Source: the human T2T-CHM13v2.0 reference genome, Homo sapiens. Taken from it: DNA of 64,000 nucleotides. The notes below the pieces were generated by a model that had not been told where the DNA came from, made no database searches, and saw only the letters and a program-made list of their open reading frames with translations. Where the stretch lies: NCBI RefSeq assembly GCF_009914755.1, contig NC_060935.1. One strand, given 5' to 3'. Every line of letters begins with the position of its first letter. The stretch's first letter is position 1. This document shows positions 36,996 to 51,994 of this stretch, one piece after another. The position numbers and the translations under genes were made by a program.

Positions 36996-37835
36996 AGGCA
37001 CAACACCTTTTTAGCATCGTGGCAAACAAGAATTGGGGTAGGGCTTTTCCAGGTTTGGTTAGGAAACAGCACTTCCCTTTGAAGAATTTCTCTACATGTG
37101 TCATCAGTCTTGTTTTAACCTGATTCCTCAAATCCTGTTTAACAATATTTTGATAACTTTTATTTCAACTTATGGTCATTAAGTAGAAAAGGCTGTAAGT
37201 AAAGAATTTGGTAAGTTTATTAATTTTTCCTGCTTTGGTACTTTAATTTATAGGATACAATTTTAACTTGAACTGTGATTCCTGACAAAAGCAGTGCCCA
37301 TGAGTAAATGAAAACAATTTTGAATAGCATGTGACAGGCATTGTAAAAAGAGTTTCTATGGTATTGAGGTGGAGGGTGGAAAACAGAGTGGGGAAGTCAG
37401 GTTCTATCTGAAATTTCAAACACACTGAAACTTAGAACCATGTTTGTTTTAAGTTACAATACCAGAAGAGGAATTTGAACAAGATCATAAAAATTCCTTA
37501 ATTTGCTCATCAACCAAAAAGGTATGAATAGATTGAATAAGACAGTGACAGATTAATATAGAAATAGCATCCTCTCCACAAACTGGCCCAGCCTACTCAA
37601 CCAGTGCCAGCTCCTCCCACTATCCTATGTTACAGCTACATCAACTATGGAAATGCACAAATGTGCTATACTCTCACCCTTCTGTACTTTCACACAGGCT
37701 GTTTGTCCCTGGATACCTTTATCCACATTTTTACTTGGAAAAATATAACTCACCTTTTAGGGCCAGGATCAACTATTACTTCATCTATTAACAAACTGTC
37801 TTCTGTGCTTCCATAGGTCTTTGTAGATATATCTC

Positions 37836-38176
37836 TGTATTAGTCTGTTTTCATGCTGCTGATAAAGACATACCTGAGATTGGGAAGAAAAAGAGGTTTC
37901 CTCCCAGATGGCTGAGGAAGCCTCAGAATCATGGTGGGAGGTGAAAGGCACTTCTTACATGGTGGTGGCAAGAGAAAATGAGGAAGAAGCAAAAGCAGAA
38001 ACCCCTAATAAACCCATCAGATCTCGTGAGACTTATTCACTATCATGAGAATAGCATGGGAAAGACTGGCCCCCATGATTCAATTACCTCCCCCGGGTCC
38101 CTCCCACAATACATGGGAATTCTGGGAGATACAACTCAAGCTGATATTTGAGTGGAGACACAGCCAAACCATATCA
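37836..38176 (-). mobile_element. THE1A-like MaLR solo LTR
   Basis: tgtattagtctgttttcatgctgctgataaagac...cagccaaaccatatca. 5-bp TSD atctc. Confidence 0.92.
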
Positions 38177-39379
38177 ATCTCTGATAGTATTCACCACATA
38201 ATGTTATACGCACTCAACTACTCATTGCAGGCCTCTAGATTCAATAGCTATACCCAGATGGCACACAAACAGACACAATCTAGCATCATTCTGTCTGGAT
38301 ACTTAAAAATGACTTAAAGGCATTGATAAGCAGCCAAATATTAACACAAGATTTCTGGGAGTATAGCGTCATACATAAAAACACTGGTTATTTCCTGAAG
38401 AAAAGAATTGACTCTTGGTTACCTGTTAGACATGCTCAAATGTGAAGAAAACATCTTATTTATTTTGTACACTCATCACTGGACCTGGTGTCTTGCATAC
38501 AGAAGGTAGTCAGTGAGTGTGGGGTGAATGAACTTCGGGAGGTGAAATCATGATGTGAGAACTGTGCTCTCACAGTTCCAAATAAGGAAACATGGGGCAG
38601 ATCAATTTTTGGCATGCCTTTGGGTCATTACATAATGACTAAAAATACTTTGCTAAAGTTTTATAAGATAGAGTACCATTCAAAACTCACATGACATTCC
38701 CCAGAAGAAAACTGGTACTCACAGAGCAATGAACTTTTTAGACCCACTTGTGTAGAGATAAAGACTCCCAAACTCCCAAAAGAAATAATCATTGTTCTCA
38801 TAACTTTCTCGAATAGAATTTGATCTATTGAAACTGAATCAAGAGCTGCTAGCTTCCAAGTGAGTGGATATAAGTAACTGCCAGTAATGCCATTATATTG
38901 TCCCTTAAAGTAGATGACCAAGACAGAGCTTGAGTTATTACGTACGCAGCAGGAAATAGTGAAATTGATAGATTTCTTTTATCTTCAGTGATGATGATAA
39001 TAATAATAATGAGCACGTCCTGGGTTCCATCTCCAAGAAAGGCAAATGGATTTCCAGGGTCCTCTCTAAAGAATTAGGAGGTTGAAGCGGAAAAATGAAA
39101 TATGATACTATCTGAATGATAGTTGAGGAAATATTACTTAGCACAAAGGCATTAGGAATGAGACCAATTTCCTAGGCTGTTGTTTTTCTTCTGCAGGTTA
39201 TTCTTGCTCCCTGTTCTCAGAAAATCTTTAAGCTCCATCTAAGAATATCCATACTTTAAAATCCCCAGCCTTTAAGTTACTCCCTGATCTCCCCCATCTC
39301 GCCTTCACTTGGGAGAAAGAGGAGAAATAAATCAGCTCTGCACCTAGACTTGGTGAACATCTCCACTCAAAAGAAACAG

Positions 39380-39670
<291 letters not shown>

Positions 39671-39992
39671 TTAGACCACAGAATCCTTTGCTTTCTAAGC
39701 CCTGAACTACGACTTGAATAACACTCCATGAGTATATGGTAAAATTTTTAATTGTCTTTCCAAGAAGGATGTGATGGTGCTTGTGCTGGCTTCCTTTTGT
39801 GTCCAAACATTAGTTATCTTCTCTACTTCTTGCTGTTAGTCACAACTTTCTCTCCAGAACTATGAAAAGAAGCTAAATTAGCTGTCAGGAATCCCCAGTT
39901 CCAGTCTAAACAATGCTACAAACTATTATAGCTAGTAAACCATTTAATATTTTAATAGCACTTTCAAACCTTATAAAGCCACCATTTAATTT

Positions 39993-42428
39993 TTTTAACT
40001 TGTATTTTAGGTTTTGGGGTATATGTGAAGGTTTGTTACATAAGTAAACTCATGTTATGGGGTGTATTAGTCCGTTTTCACACTACTATAAAGAATAAAT
40101 GAGACTGGGTAATTTATAAACAAAAGAAGTTTAATTTACTCACAGTTCTACATGTCTGGGGAGGCCTCAGGAAACTTACAATCATGGTGGAAGGTAAAGG
40201 GAAAGCAGGCAACTTCTTCACAAGGTGACAGGAGAGAGGAGAGAGCAGGGGAAACCACCATTTATAAAACCATCAGATCTCACGAGAACTCACTCACTAT
40301 CATGAGAACAGCATGGGGGAGACCACCCCCATGATCCAATCACCTCCCACCAGGTCCCTCCCTTGACACATGGGGATTACAATTTGAATTACAATTAGAG
40401 ATGAGATTTGGGTGGGGACACAGAGTCAAACCATATCACAGGGGTTCCTTATACAGATTATTTCATCACCCAGGAATTAAACCCAGTACCTGATAGTTAT
40501 CCCTTCTGCTCCTCTCCCTCCTCCAACCCTCCACCCTGAAGTAGACCCCAGTTTCTGTTGTTTCCTTCTTTGTGTTCATAAGTTCTCATTATTTAGCTCC
40601 CACTTATAAGTGAGAACACGCAGTATTTGGTTTTTTGTTTCTGTGTCAGTTTGCTGAGGATAATAGCCTCCAGCTTGATCCGTGTTCCCACAAAAGACAG
40701 GATCTCATTCTTTTTATGGCTGTGTGGTATTCCATGGTGTATATGTACCACATTTTCTTTATCCAATCTATCATTGATAGGCATTTACCTTGATTCCATG
40801 ACTTTGCTGTTGTGAATAGTGCTGCATGAACATTTGCATGAATGTGTCTTTATGGTAGAATGATGTATATTCCTCTGGATATATACCCATTAACAGGATT
40901 ACTAGGTCGAATGGTAGTTCTGCTTTTAGCTCTTTGAAGAAATGCCATACTGCTACCCACAATGGTTGAACTAATTTACATTCCCAACCAACAGTGTATG
41001 TTTCCTTTTCTCTGCAACCTCGCCAGCATCTGTTATTTTTTGACTTTTTAATAGTGGCATTTCTGACTGGTGTGAGATGGTATCTCATTGTAGTTCTGAT
41101 TTGCATTTTATCTAATGATCAGTGATATTGAGGTTTTTTCATATGTTTATTGGTCGCATATATGTCTTCTGAAAAGTGTTCATATCCTTTGCCTACTTTT
41201 TAATGGGGTTGTTTTTCTCTTATAAATTTGCTTAAGTTCCTTATATTAATAGATGTTGGATATTAGACCTTTGTCCAATGCATAATTTGCAAATATTTTC
41301 TCCCATTCTGTAGGTTGTCTGCTAACTCTGTTGATAGTTTCTTTTGTGGTGCAGAAGCTCTTAAGTTTAATTCAATTCCACTTGTCAATTTTTGCTCTTC
41401 TTCTGATTGCTTTCAGTGTCTTTGTCAAAATTTTTACCTGTTTCTCTGTCCAGGATGGTACTGCCTAGATTGTCTTTCAGGGTTTTTATAGTCTGGGGGT
41501 TTTACACTTCAGTCTTTAATCCATCTTGAGTTTATTTTGGGATATGGTGTAAGAAAGAGGTCCAGCTTCAGTTATGGTTAGCCAGTTATCCCAGCACCAT
41601 TTATTGACTAGAGAGTCTTTTCCCCATTGCTTGTTTTTGTCAGCTTTGTCAAAGATCAGGTGGTCATAGGTGTGTGGCCTTATTTCTGGGTTCTCTATTC
41701 TGTTTCATTGGTCTGTGTGCCTGTTTTTGTACCAGTATCATGATGCTTTAGCTACTGTAGCCCTGTAGTATAGTTTGAACTCAGGTAACATGATGCCTCC
41801 AGCTTCTTTCTTTTTGCTTAGGATTGCCTTTGTTATTCGGGCTGGTTTTTGGTACTATGTGAATTTTAAAATAGTTTTTTCTAGTTCTGTGAAGAATGTC
41901 ATTGGTAATTTAATAGGAATGGCATTGAATATGTAAATTGCTTTGGGCAGTATGCCCATTTTAATGCTATTGATTCTTCCTACCCATGAGCATAGAATGT
42001 TTTTCCATTTGCTTGTGTCATCTCTAATTTCTTTGAGCAGTGTTTTGTAATTCTCATCATAGAGATCTATAACCTCCCTGGTTAGCTGTATTCCTAGGTA
42101 TTTTATTCTTTTTGCAGCAATTCTGAATGGGATTGCCTTTTTGATTTGACTCTAGGTTTGGCTGTTGTTGGTATACAGGAATGCTAGTGATTTTTGTACA
42201 TTGATTTTGTATCCTGAAACTTTGCTGAAGTTGTTTATCAACTGAAGGACCTTTTGGGCCAAGACTATGGGGTTTTCTAGATATAGAATCGTGTCATCTA
42301 CAAATAGAGATAGTTTCACTTCCTCTCTTCGTATCTGAATGGGCTTTATTTCTTTCTCTTGCCTGATTGCTCTGGCTAGGACTTCAATGCTATGTTGAAT
42401 AGGAATGGTGATGGCATTCGTGTCTTGA
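39993..42428 (-). mobile_element. 5'-truncated L1PA13-16-like element, inserted in a MIR
   Basis: 3'UTR and ORF2 C-terminus ([25 protein letters not shown]). TSD caccatttaattt 39980-39992 / caccacttaattt 42429-42441. Confidence 0.9.
40063..40438 (-). mobile_element. THE1D-like MaLR solo LTR nested in the L1 3'UTR
   Basis: tgtattagtccgttttcacactactataaag...cacagagtcaaaccatatca. Flanks are tgggg / caggg. Confidence 0.92.
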
Positions 42429-44385
42429 CACCACTTAATTTGATCCTCCCAACATTCTTAAGAGACAATATGGAGGTGGTTGCCATCTAGGAAATGAAGA
42501 AATGTAACAAGAGGTTATGTATGCAGAAGAAGCTTAAAATTCTGAGGATTTTAATGTCATTGAGATAAGCAGCAGTTGTTGTCCTTACAGAGTAGAAGGT
42601 CCAAGGTCATTCTGTACTAGGCTGCTGTCCCTCTTTTTTGTTTCCCATGATGCTGTTATCAATCTAATATGTTTCCCATTCTTTCATGATACATTACCTT
42701 CTTCATAGTGAATCTAATTTTTTTTATCATCCCAATATTTGGTATGTAGTCCTACATATTGGTATTAGATGTAGATGTGGGGGAAGAACTTAGGATTTAA
42801 AAGCCAAGAATCCAGATAGAAGCCTTCAAATGTTAATTGATCTATGTGTATCGACATCCAAGAATCACCAAATGAGAACATTCAGAGAAACATTTTCAAG
42901 CAAGAATAATGATCGAATCTGAAATTTTCCTCTGCCTGGCTCTCATTAGAACTGTGTTTTAGGTGATGAGGGTTGTGATGGGAATCCGAAGGACTGGACA
43001 ACAAGGGATATTGTGACATGAAAGGGAGCCTTAACCTTCATCTATGTTTACATTCAAAATGCCAACAAGTATTAGGAATTTTGTTCTGGAAGTCACATTT
43101 GGCTTTTGAGTATTCCACATTGCTTCCACAACCCAGGAAGGCCAGGTCATAGGGGAAGGGTGCTGGTATCAAAGTTATTTACCTAATTCACAGAGATTGT
43201 TTCAGTCATAGTTGGTACTTGAACCTCGATCTTTTGATCCCAATGTTTTTCTGCTTAGTTTCTCTGAGTCTCAGGTTCCCCATCTGCTAAATGAAAGGTT
43301 GAAGTAGATGCTATCTAAGATTGTTAACAGCTCTAATTCTATGATTTATCTTCCTTTTAGCAGTATCCCAACCTAGCTCAGACCCATCCCTTATTACTGC
43401 AAACACTAACATTCCCTTCCAAATCACTCCCACTCTCTTCCAATACAAGATGAATTAAACAGGAACCAAATTTCCCTGCTCAGGACTTAATGACAGCTTA
43501 AAACTAAAAGTCTCAGTGAGAAATCACATGCACTAGTCCTATTGTGGGTGAAAGATCATTATGTTTGTTTACTTCGGGCCAGACAAGACTCTCTTTAAAG
43601 TTTAATTACCAAAGAATCAGACAACTTCTTCTATATATTGAATGCCTGAGTTAACATGACATTTGTTTTGCCATCGTTCAAACTCAATTTATTTTCTACC
43701 TTTCTTTTTCCTTTCCAGTGCCACCCTGGTGACTTATCTCACACTATTTGAAAAATCTCTATACTTCTCAAGCAAGGTCAGAAAGCTGGTTGGAAACTTC
43801 TGGTCACCATTGGGTCAAGCATGTGTTGCTTCAGAGAATCACTAATGGCATCTGAAGAAGGAGAAAAGAGTAAGTAATAACTTGACCATTGATTTCAAGG
43901 GAAAGGAAAGACAAAAAGAAAGTCAAACCAGAGTAATCAGGAACTAAGAGTGCATCTTGAGAATGCAGTAACTTTAAGAAACATTTGCAACAGGGAGAGT
44001 TTACCTGGACACATAGGAGAGGCATGTGTGCTGTACTCCAGAATGGGTGATGGTTTCTGGGAAGAGGTTAAGGACATGCCACTATTCCTGATCCACAACC
44101 CAGGCTAGTTTGCTTCCTTCCACAGGCTCGGTCCAGCTACAAGACTCTAACACTAACCCCAACCCTAACTCTCTTCCTATTTGCTTAACTCCCAAGAATG
44201 TAAACACTTCCAGGTGATCCCAGGTGCCTTCATTCCCGCTGTCCCCTACAGCACATGCATCTATTTCCCTTTACCATCTTTGGCCCTAAGCTCCCATCAC
44301 AGAAGTTGCCAGCCATTCACATTAATCACAGTCTATATTTGCTGAGTTCATAGTCAGAATCTCCACCCACTGGGATTCCAAACCA

Positions 44386-44411
44386 AACACATACACACAC
44401 ACACACACACA
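44386..44411. repeat. (CA)n microsatellite
   Basis: Direct inspection of the sequence. Confidence 0.9.
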
Positions 44412-44627
44412 TCTTAATTCACTAACAAAAGTTAATGGCCATGAATTTTGTCTTGGTAATTAATGACATACCTTGAAAAGAGTATCAATAGGAACAAAAC
44501 TGCTCCATGCTTCCTTTGTAAGGAGCTCATTAAATTAATTTGGAGGAGGAGCGGGGGCCCAGGGGTGGCATTCTCCATATAAAAATATGCTCAGAAGCTG
44601 GCAAGGGGGATGCTTGCCAAGGACAAG

Positions 44628-45073
44628 GCACAGCAGCCATGGAAATGTGCCACTCAGCTCCCCTTTCAAGAAGAACCTGCTGTGAAAAGTGCAATTAACT
44701 GAAAGACCCCAGCCGCATCGCCTTTGTGATCTACTGAAGGGTTTGGACCATGGACATGCTCTCCCTAAGCACAGTGGGTCTCTAGAACCTGGCAATTTCT
44801 GCTTATCACAGAGTACTTCTAAAAAGTAATCACTGCCTACAGCTCCCCTTTGGGCTGAGACTTTCTCAGAGTTGCGCTGAAGTCTGAGGATCTACAAACC
44901 CAGTGTTCCTCTCCCCACTTCATTCACAGCTATCAGAACTGCATCATGGTCTGAGGACTTTCTCTGACTTTTTCTACACCCTCTTCTCGTTTATCTTCCT
45001 GGGCTTCACCTCTCTTTTGTATTTTTAATTCTTCCTGGCTCTGTATCTGCTTCCTGTAGGTCTCAAACTAACA
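44628..45073 (+). mobile_element. LTR16-family ERVL LTR
   Basis: agcagccatggaaatgtgccactcagctcccctttcaagaagaacctgctg...tctgcttcctgtaggtctcaaactaaca. Confidence 0.65.
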
Positions 45074-45129
45074 TGCAAGAAAGTGTTGAGTCTCTGCAAT
45101 AAGAAGAAAACTAGAAAGGCTAACAGGAA

Positions 45130-45544
45130 TGTGTTACACCGTTCTCGCCTTGCTTTAAAGAAATATCTGAGATTGGGTAATTTATAAAGAAAAGAGGTTT
45201 AATTGGCTCACGGTTCTGCAGGCTATATGTACAGGAAGCATGGTGCTGATATCTGTTTAGATTCTGGGGAGGCGTCTGGGAGCTCTTACTCATGACAAGG
45301 TGAAGCAGGAGCAGACACTTCACATGGTGAGAACGGGAGCAAGAGAGGGAAAGAGAGTGGGAGGAGGGAGGTGCCATATGTGTTTAAATGACCAGATCTC
45401 ATGACTCACCATCTTGAGGACAGCACCAAGCCATGAGAGATCTTCCCCTATGTTCCAATCACCTCCCACCAGGCCCCACCCACAACACTGGGGATTACAA
45501 CTCAGCATGAGATTTTGGCAGGGACAAATATCCAAATTCTATCA
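45130..45544 (-). mobile_element. MSTA/MSTB MaLR solo LTR
   Basis: gggtaatttataaagaaaagaggtttaattggctcacggttctgcagg...gggacaaatatccaaattctatca. Confidence 0.9.
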
Positions 45545-45966
45545 AGAGGAAAGGCTCATTTACCATTTTATCCTCACTGCCCAGGGGAATGAATAGAACA
45601 TTTGTGGACACAAGCTCAGGTATAGAATCATGTGGATGCCACAATGGCATCCATTGAGACATGAGTTCCCATCTGGTCTCCAGTGATCAAGCCACCCAGG
45701 TCACAGAGTCATCCATGTAGTGACCTTAAGTCCTCTTCATCAGTTACTTCCAGGTCCCTTTTAGAAGGGGGTGAACAATGTTGGACACCTTCCCACTATA
45801 CTGGGGCCATGGTAAAGCCTACACAGCAGTTTCATGCCCTCTCTGTCTACACACTATGCCACTGCTCATTCTCCTCTACTGATTCGCATATTTCTGCACA
45901 TGGAGACTTTCTGTAAGATTTGTCATAACTTTTCAGTTGTGTATATTTAAAAAAAAAAATCAATCA

Positions 45967-46260
45967 GGGCCTGGTGCGGTGGCTCATGCCTGTAATCCCA
46001 GCACTTTGGAAGGCTGAGGAGGGCAGATCACCTGAGGTCAGAAATCAAGACCAGCTTGGCCAACATGGTGAAACCCCATCTCTACTAAAAATACAAAAAT
46101 TAGCAGGGTGTGGTGGTGTGTGCCTATAATCCCAGCAACTCAGGAGGCTGAGGCAGAGAGTCGCTTGAACCCCAGAGGTGGAGGTTGCAGTGAGCCAAGA
46201 ACGTGCCATTGCACTCCAGCCTGGGTGACAACAGTGAAACTCTGTCTCAAAGAAAAAAAA
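45967..46260 (+). mobile_element. AluS
   Basis: Full dimer. TSD aaaaaaatcaatca on both sides. Confidence 0.95.
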
Positions 46261-46441
46261 AATCAATCAATAAAACAAATAAAAATCCATGCATTATTCC
46301 CATCTCCTATCAAATTATCAAACCTATGTAATATTTATACGGCTGACCCTGTGTTATCATTCAGGTTTCAACTCAAATGTGAATTTCTGAGAGAGATCTT
46401 CCATGGATATCTAATCTGATTTGTACCCATGTATCCCGTGA

Positions 46442-46768
<327 letters not shown>

Positions 46769-47074
46769 CATCTTTATTTCTTAATAGAACCTAGCACGAT
46801 CTGAAAAATTCTTAATTTATTTATTTACTTGTTTAGTATTTCATTCTTGCTCTTGAAAGTACACTTCAGGGAGCCAAGATGTTGACTGTCTTGCTCACTC
46901 CTGTGTTCGCAGATCCTACAACCATGCCAGGCATAAACTTGAATGAATGACAGAAATGGCCCATGTTTCCATGGAGCAAACAATCTAGCAGGGCAAAACT
47001 ACAGTAAGTAATTGCAGAATCTTTTACAGCCTCATTTGGAGAATCAGAATTCCAACTCAGAAAGCTATACTTTT

Positions 47075-47373
47075 TTTTTTTTTTTTTTTTTGAGACGGAG
47101 TCTTGCGCTGTTGCCCAGGCTGGAATGCAGTAGCGCGATCTCAGCTCACTGCAAGCTCTGCCTCCTGGGTTCACGCTATTCTCCTGCCTGAGCCTTCTGA
47201 GTAGCTAGGACTACAGGCGCCCACTACCACGCCCAGCCAATTTTTTTGTATTTTTAGTAGAGACGGGGTTTCACCGTGTTAGCCAGGATGGTCTCAATCT
47301 CCTGACCTCGTGATCTGCCCACCTCAGCCTCCCAAAGTGCTGGGATTACAGGCATGAGCCACCGTGCCCGGCC
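47075..47373 (-). mobile_element. AluY
   Basis: Y diagnostics (gcaagctc, ttagccaggatggtctc, cctcgtgatc). TSD agaaagctatactttt 47059-47074 / 47374-47389. Confidence 0.95.
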
Positions 47374-47792
47374 AGAAAGCTATACTTTTGCCATAGCCTT
47401 GTCCTTCATTCACTAGTCCTTTTGGCTAAGGAAAAGTCCAGACGTAACCAACCATGCCACTTTCACCCCAGAGGATATTGGTTTTGGTACTAATCTAAGT
47501 CCATAGTCTTAAAATTTGTTTGATCACTTATTTTTATCAGTAATCAGTTTTGAAGAACCTTGCCAATATATGTTTATTTATTTACAAATTATGTGTGTGC
47601 CACAGTGCTAATATATTATGTGCATTTTAAAATATAAACAAAAATTAAAATGTAAACATATAAGATAAAAAATATAAATTTTGATTTCTGTTCTCCTCTT
47701 TGCATCATCTCATGTACCCTCTGTGATATGTATGACTCATTTTGAACACCACTAAATAAAGAAATTTTTACCTAGAGATAAGAGGTTGTTGA

Positions 47793-47851
47793 GAATGAGA
47801 AGTGGGAGAGGGTCTAAATGTCGGGAATGAGAAGTGGGAGAGGGTCTAAAT
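47793..47851. repeat. Perfect 27-bp direct duplication with a 5-bp spacer
   Basis: gaatgagaagtgggagagggtctaaat at 47793-47819 and 47825-47851. Confidence 0.95.
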
Positions 47852-48191
47852 CCCAGGGCAGTATAAGAGAATTCTGTGGGACAGTAGTAGTGGCAACAAG
47901 AATTTACCCAAATGTTAAAACTAGTACAACTATACAAACCAAAACTAATGATTACAATATGTAAAGTTTTAAAATTTTATGAAAACAAACAAAAAAAGAA
48001 CCTAAAAAGTAGTTAGTTATACACTGGGCATTTTATTTTCTGATCATGTAAAAAATTCTATTTTAAAATAAAAAACCTCATTTCCATCCCAGCTCTGCTT
48101 TTCCCTCCAGAGATAGATCAGAATCACATAAAAGCACAGACAATAATGTGCCTTTATAAGCACCTCATTGATCCTTGAACCTTATAGCTGA

Positions 48192-48730
48192 CTGTGGCAG
48201 ACGGCTGCCACAATATCTTCCACTCCACATGCTGTCCTCTGCAATGTGACCTTGCCACCTACTCAACAGTGGTGAAGTTCCCCTTCCCTTGAACCTGGTC
48301 TGGACTAGTGACTCCCTTATAACTGATAACATACACAAACTCACAGGCAATATCAGAAAACGTCATCCAGTTTCTGGCCAAGTCTTTCAGAGCATTTTCT
48401 CTCAGAACCCAGCTTCCATACTGAGAGAAACCCAAACCACACAGCGAGCTACACAGACTGGCTCTCTGTCCAGTTGGCAGTCCTAGACAAGGCCAGCTTT
48501 GAGTCATTCCATCCCAACTGGGAATTCCAAAGAGTTCGATCTTCCAACTGCTGCAGTCACCCTTGGGTATTTCAGTCTTCCCAGCTTGAGGCCCCAGACA
48601 GTGTGGAGCCAAGATAAGCCAGACCCATGGTGCCATGTCTGAATTTCAGACCTGTGGATTCCAGGAGCATCATAAAATGGTTGTTGTTGCAAGCTGCTAA
48701 ATTTTGGGATTGTTTAATAGACAGATACTA
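48192..48730 (+). mobile_element. MLT1 (F/G-like) LTR, followed by another old MLT1 (~48730-49240)
   Basis: tgtggcagacggctgccacaat...gcaatgtgaccttgccac...ttgttgcaagctgctaaattttgggattgttt. Confidence 0.75.
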
Positions 48731-49808
48731 CTTGTCTCCTACTCATTATCCATCCTGCCCTTCTTCCTTGCCAATAGAATCCTGATTTTGTTTAGAGACC
48801 TCTGTTAAAAATACTAAATAGCCTAGCTTTCCTTGTAGCAAAGTATGGCCAATTAACACAATCATAACTAACAGGAAGTAAGTAGAAGTTGCCAGTTGGA
48901 GTTTCTAAAAATAAAAAATAAATTAAAGCTTTTTTAGGAGACAGAGGAAATGGCTACTTTCTATGGCCTTTTGTCTTTTTTTTTCTCTCTGTATCTTTTC
49001 TGCCTCACTTGCAGTTTTGATGCCCAGAAGGGAAGGGGCCACCTTGTCACGGGGAGGTAGAAAACCAGTCTAGAAATGGTGGCATGAAGTGATGGAAATA
49101 CACTGATTTCATGATGACCTTGTGGAGGCATCACACCAGGCTGAACTGTCCACCTTGAACTTCCTGTTATATAAGATGTCCTCCACGTTTAAGCAACCTT
49201 TGGTTAGCATGTTCTGCCACATGCTGCCAAACATAACCTCAAAAAGGTGGCACAGCAAGTAACAGCACCTAAATAGATTTTGTTGAATTGGCTGGGCAGG
49301 ACTGGCTTCGTGGGGCTTCAAAGGGTCTGATATTTCATTCAATGCTCTGCTATCCTTGTCTTGAAATTTCTAATAATTTGATATTTGAATTTATGGTAGT
49401 ATAAGTGAAGTCCAGTGAGACAATGGAGCATGCATATGATCAGGGGAAATAGACATAATGAGTGTGTCTGTTTTTCTTTGCCTCTCATTTGTATATAATG
49501 TTCACAATGCCCCCATGAGCACGAGATTCCAATGGGTCCATAATGCACGGACGTTCAGGAAGACATGCACGATGCACAAGGTAAATGTACTATATCTCAG
49601 ACTGGATAAGTGGGATGAGAGGGAGGCAATGAAAGCTCCAAAAGGCCACTCTTTCTATTCAAACCAGAATTTGCTTTGGATGCGGAAACAAGGCAATGCA
49701 TTTTGAGAAAACTCAATGACCAAGGATCTCTATTATTTCATTTCTTATTCATGTTACCTTCCTGTAATAGCTTACCACTTAGGTTTATGCTGAAATGGTG
49801 ACACAGAG

Positions 49809-50218
49809 AGCTGTAGATTGAATTGTGTCCCTCCCAAAAGTCCTGTGTTGAAGTCCTAACCTCTAATGTGACTGCATCTGAAGACAGGGTCTTTAAGAGG
49901 TAATTAAGGTTAAATGAGGCCATGGACTGGGAAAGGGGTGGAGGGGAAGTTCGTCATTAACAGGATTGTGATCTGTTAAGAAGAGACCGCAGTAACAAGA
50001 GGAAGACAGAAATATCTCTCTCTTTCTCACCACCATGTAAGGACACAGTGAGAAGGTGGCTGTCTTGCAAGCCAGGAAGAGAGCCCACAACAGAGCCCTA
50101 CTATGCTAGCATCCAATCTCAGACTTCCAGCCTCCAGAACTGTAAGAAAATCAATTTCTGTTGTTTAAGCTGTCCAGTCTATGATATTTGGTTATGACAA
50201 CTTGAGATAGTTAACACA
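49809..50218 (+). mobile_element. MLT1A/B-like LTR
   Basis: gattgaattgtgtccctcccaaaag...gacttccagcctccagaactgtaagaaaatcaatttctgttgtttaagc. Confidence 0.85.
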
Positions 50219-50561
50219 TAGAATGAAAAGGAAATATAGGGCAACTGATAGGTCCTTTTCCTTCAGTCCTTCTTTACTCATCAGGAAGGCAAAAGGACAG
50301 AGTACTCATAGAAGTAGAAGTAAATTAAAAACAGTTGGATTGCTATTGTTCTGCATTTCTACTGTTATGGTAAGAAGGAAACACAAAAATATATACAAGC
50401 AATGAAATCCAAATGGTGTCATTACAGAGACTCCACATAAATAAGTTAAATTTTCCTATATTGGCATTTACAACCAGCATTGCATGTCATGACAAAGACT
50501 ATGCAAGAAAGACAAAAGCCTTGCATTTTAGTGTTTTTAACAGCATTTTCCCCCACTTTTT

Positions 50562-51034
<473 letters not shown>

Positions 51035-51994
51035 TCCCCCACTTTTTGAATGAGGGGGTCTTGCAAATAATGTAGCCATCCCTTTGGCTGAGGAGAGGCT
51101 TAAAGGGTCCTTGAGAATTGAGGGCCCATATTTTGCTGGCTAAAAAGCCAATGATCTTTGCTATGAAATGGCAAACCATTTGGTCAAACTTCTAATGACC
51201 ACACTTTGGGCTGCAGACCAGTTGTCAAACCAGGTCTTCTGTTGTATGGGAAATGGTAAGAAAAAAAAATCACAATGCTAGGGCTTTCTAGGCTTATCTA
51301 GAAAACAAAATTAGACAGGGATTGGGTTCTGCTACTTTATTTGAGAAGTAGAATCCCAGTACAGAGAGAAGGAAAAGCAAAGTGAGAGAAGCTTAGGAAA
51401 GAATACTCAAGGTACTCAATTTCCATGGCTGTGACTGCAGCATAAACAGTCACAGATACATTGCTGGTATCTAGGTAAGTACATCTACTAAGCAATGGGG
51501 ACTTCCCCAGTCAGGCTATATGACGAAATTGTGGCTTGGAAGCATCGGATGGAAGCAGGAAAGAGAGGTAATGTATGTGTCTTTCTCCCCACTGCCTCCT
51601 GGGACAAAGTTCACCTCATTAAAAGTTCCCTCCCCATTTTTCTGGATATATCATATCCTCTAGTGGACACCCAAGAAGCCAAATCTCACACCCTACAGTT
51701 TGGCATTTCAAGCCAATACAAAGTGTCAAGAGAAGTCAGAGACTCTTGACTTGTGACTGGTTGGCCACTGTGGAGGTAGCTGATATTGAGGTAGCCACTA
51801 AGGGTCTGGGAGGTCAGAGATGACACATCTGAGATGGTACATCAGGTATGTCTTACACAGTGGCAGTGTGCAGGCACCTTCTTACCACTTTCAGCAATGT
51901 CTGAATGAGATAGATAAAATTTGCCTGATTATATTAACACTATAAGGAGAGAGAGAAGAAAATGCCAATTGTTAAGGGAAGGACTCTCTGTCAG

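Noticed and set aside
44144-44172. Telomere-like tract ctctaacactaaccccaaccctaactct
   Set aside because: Only one exact CCCTAA among about four degenerate units, compatible with chance.
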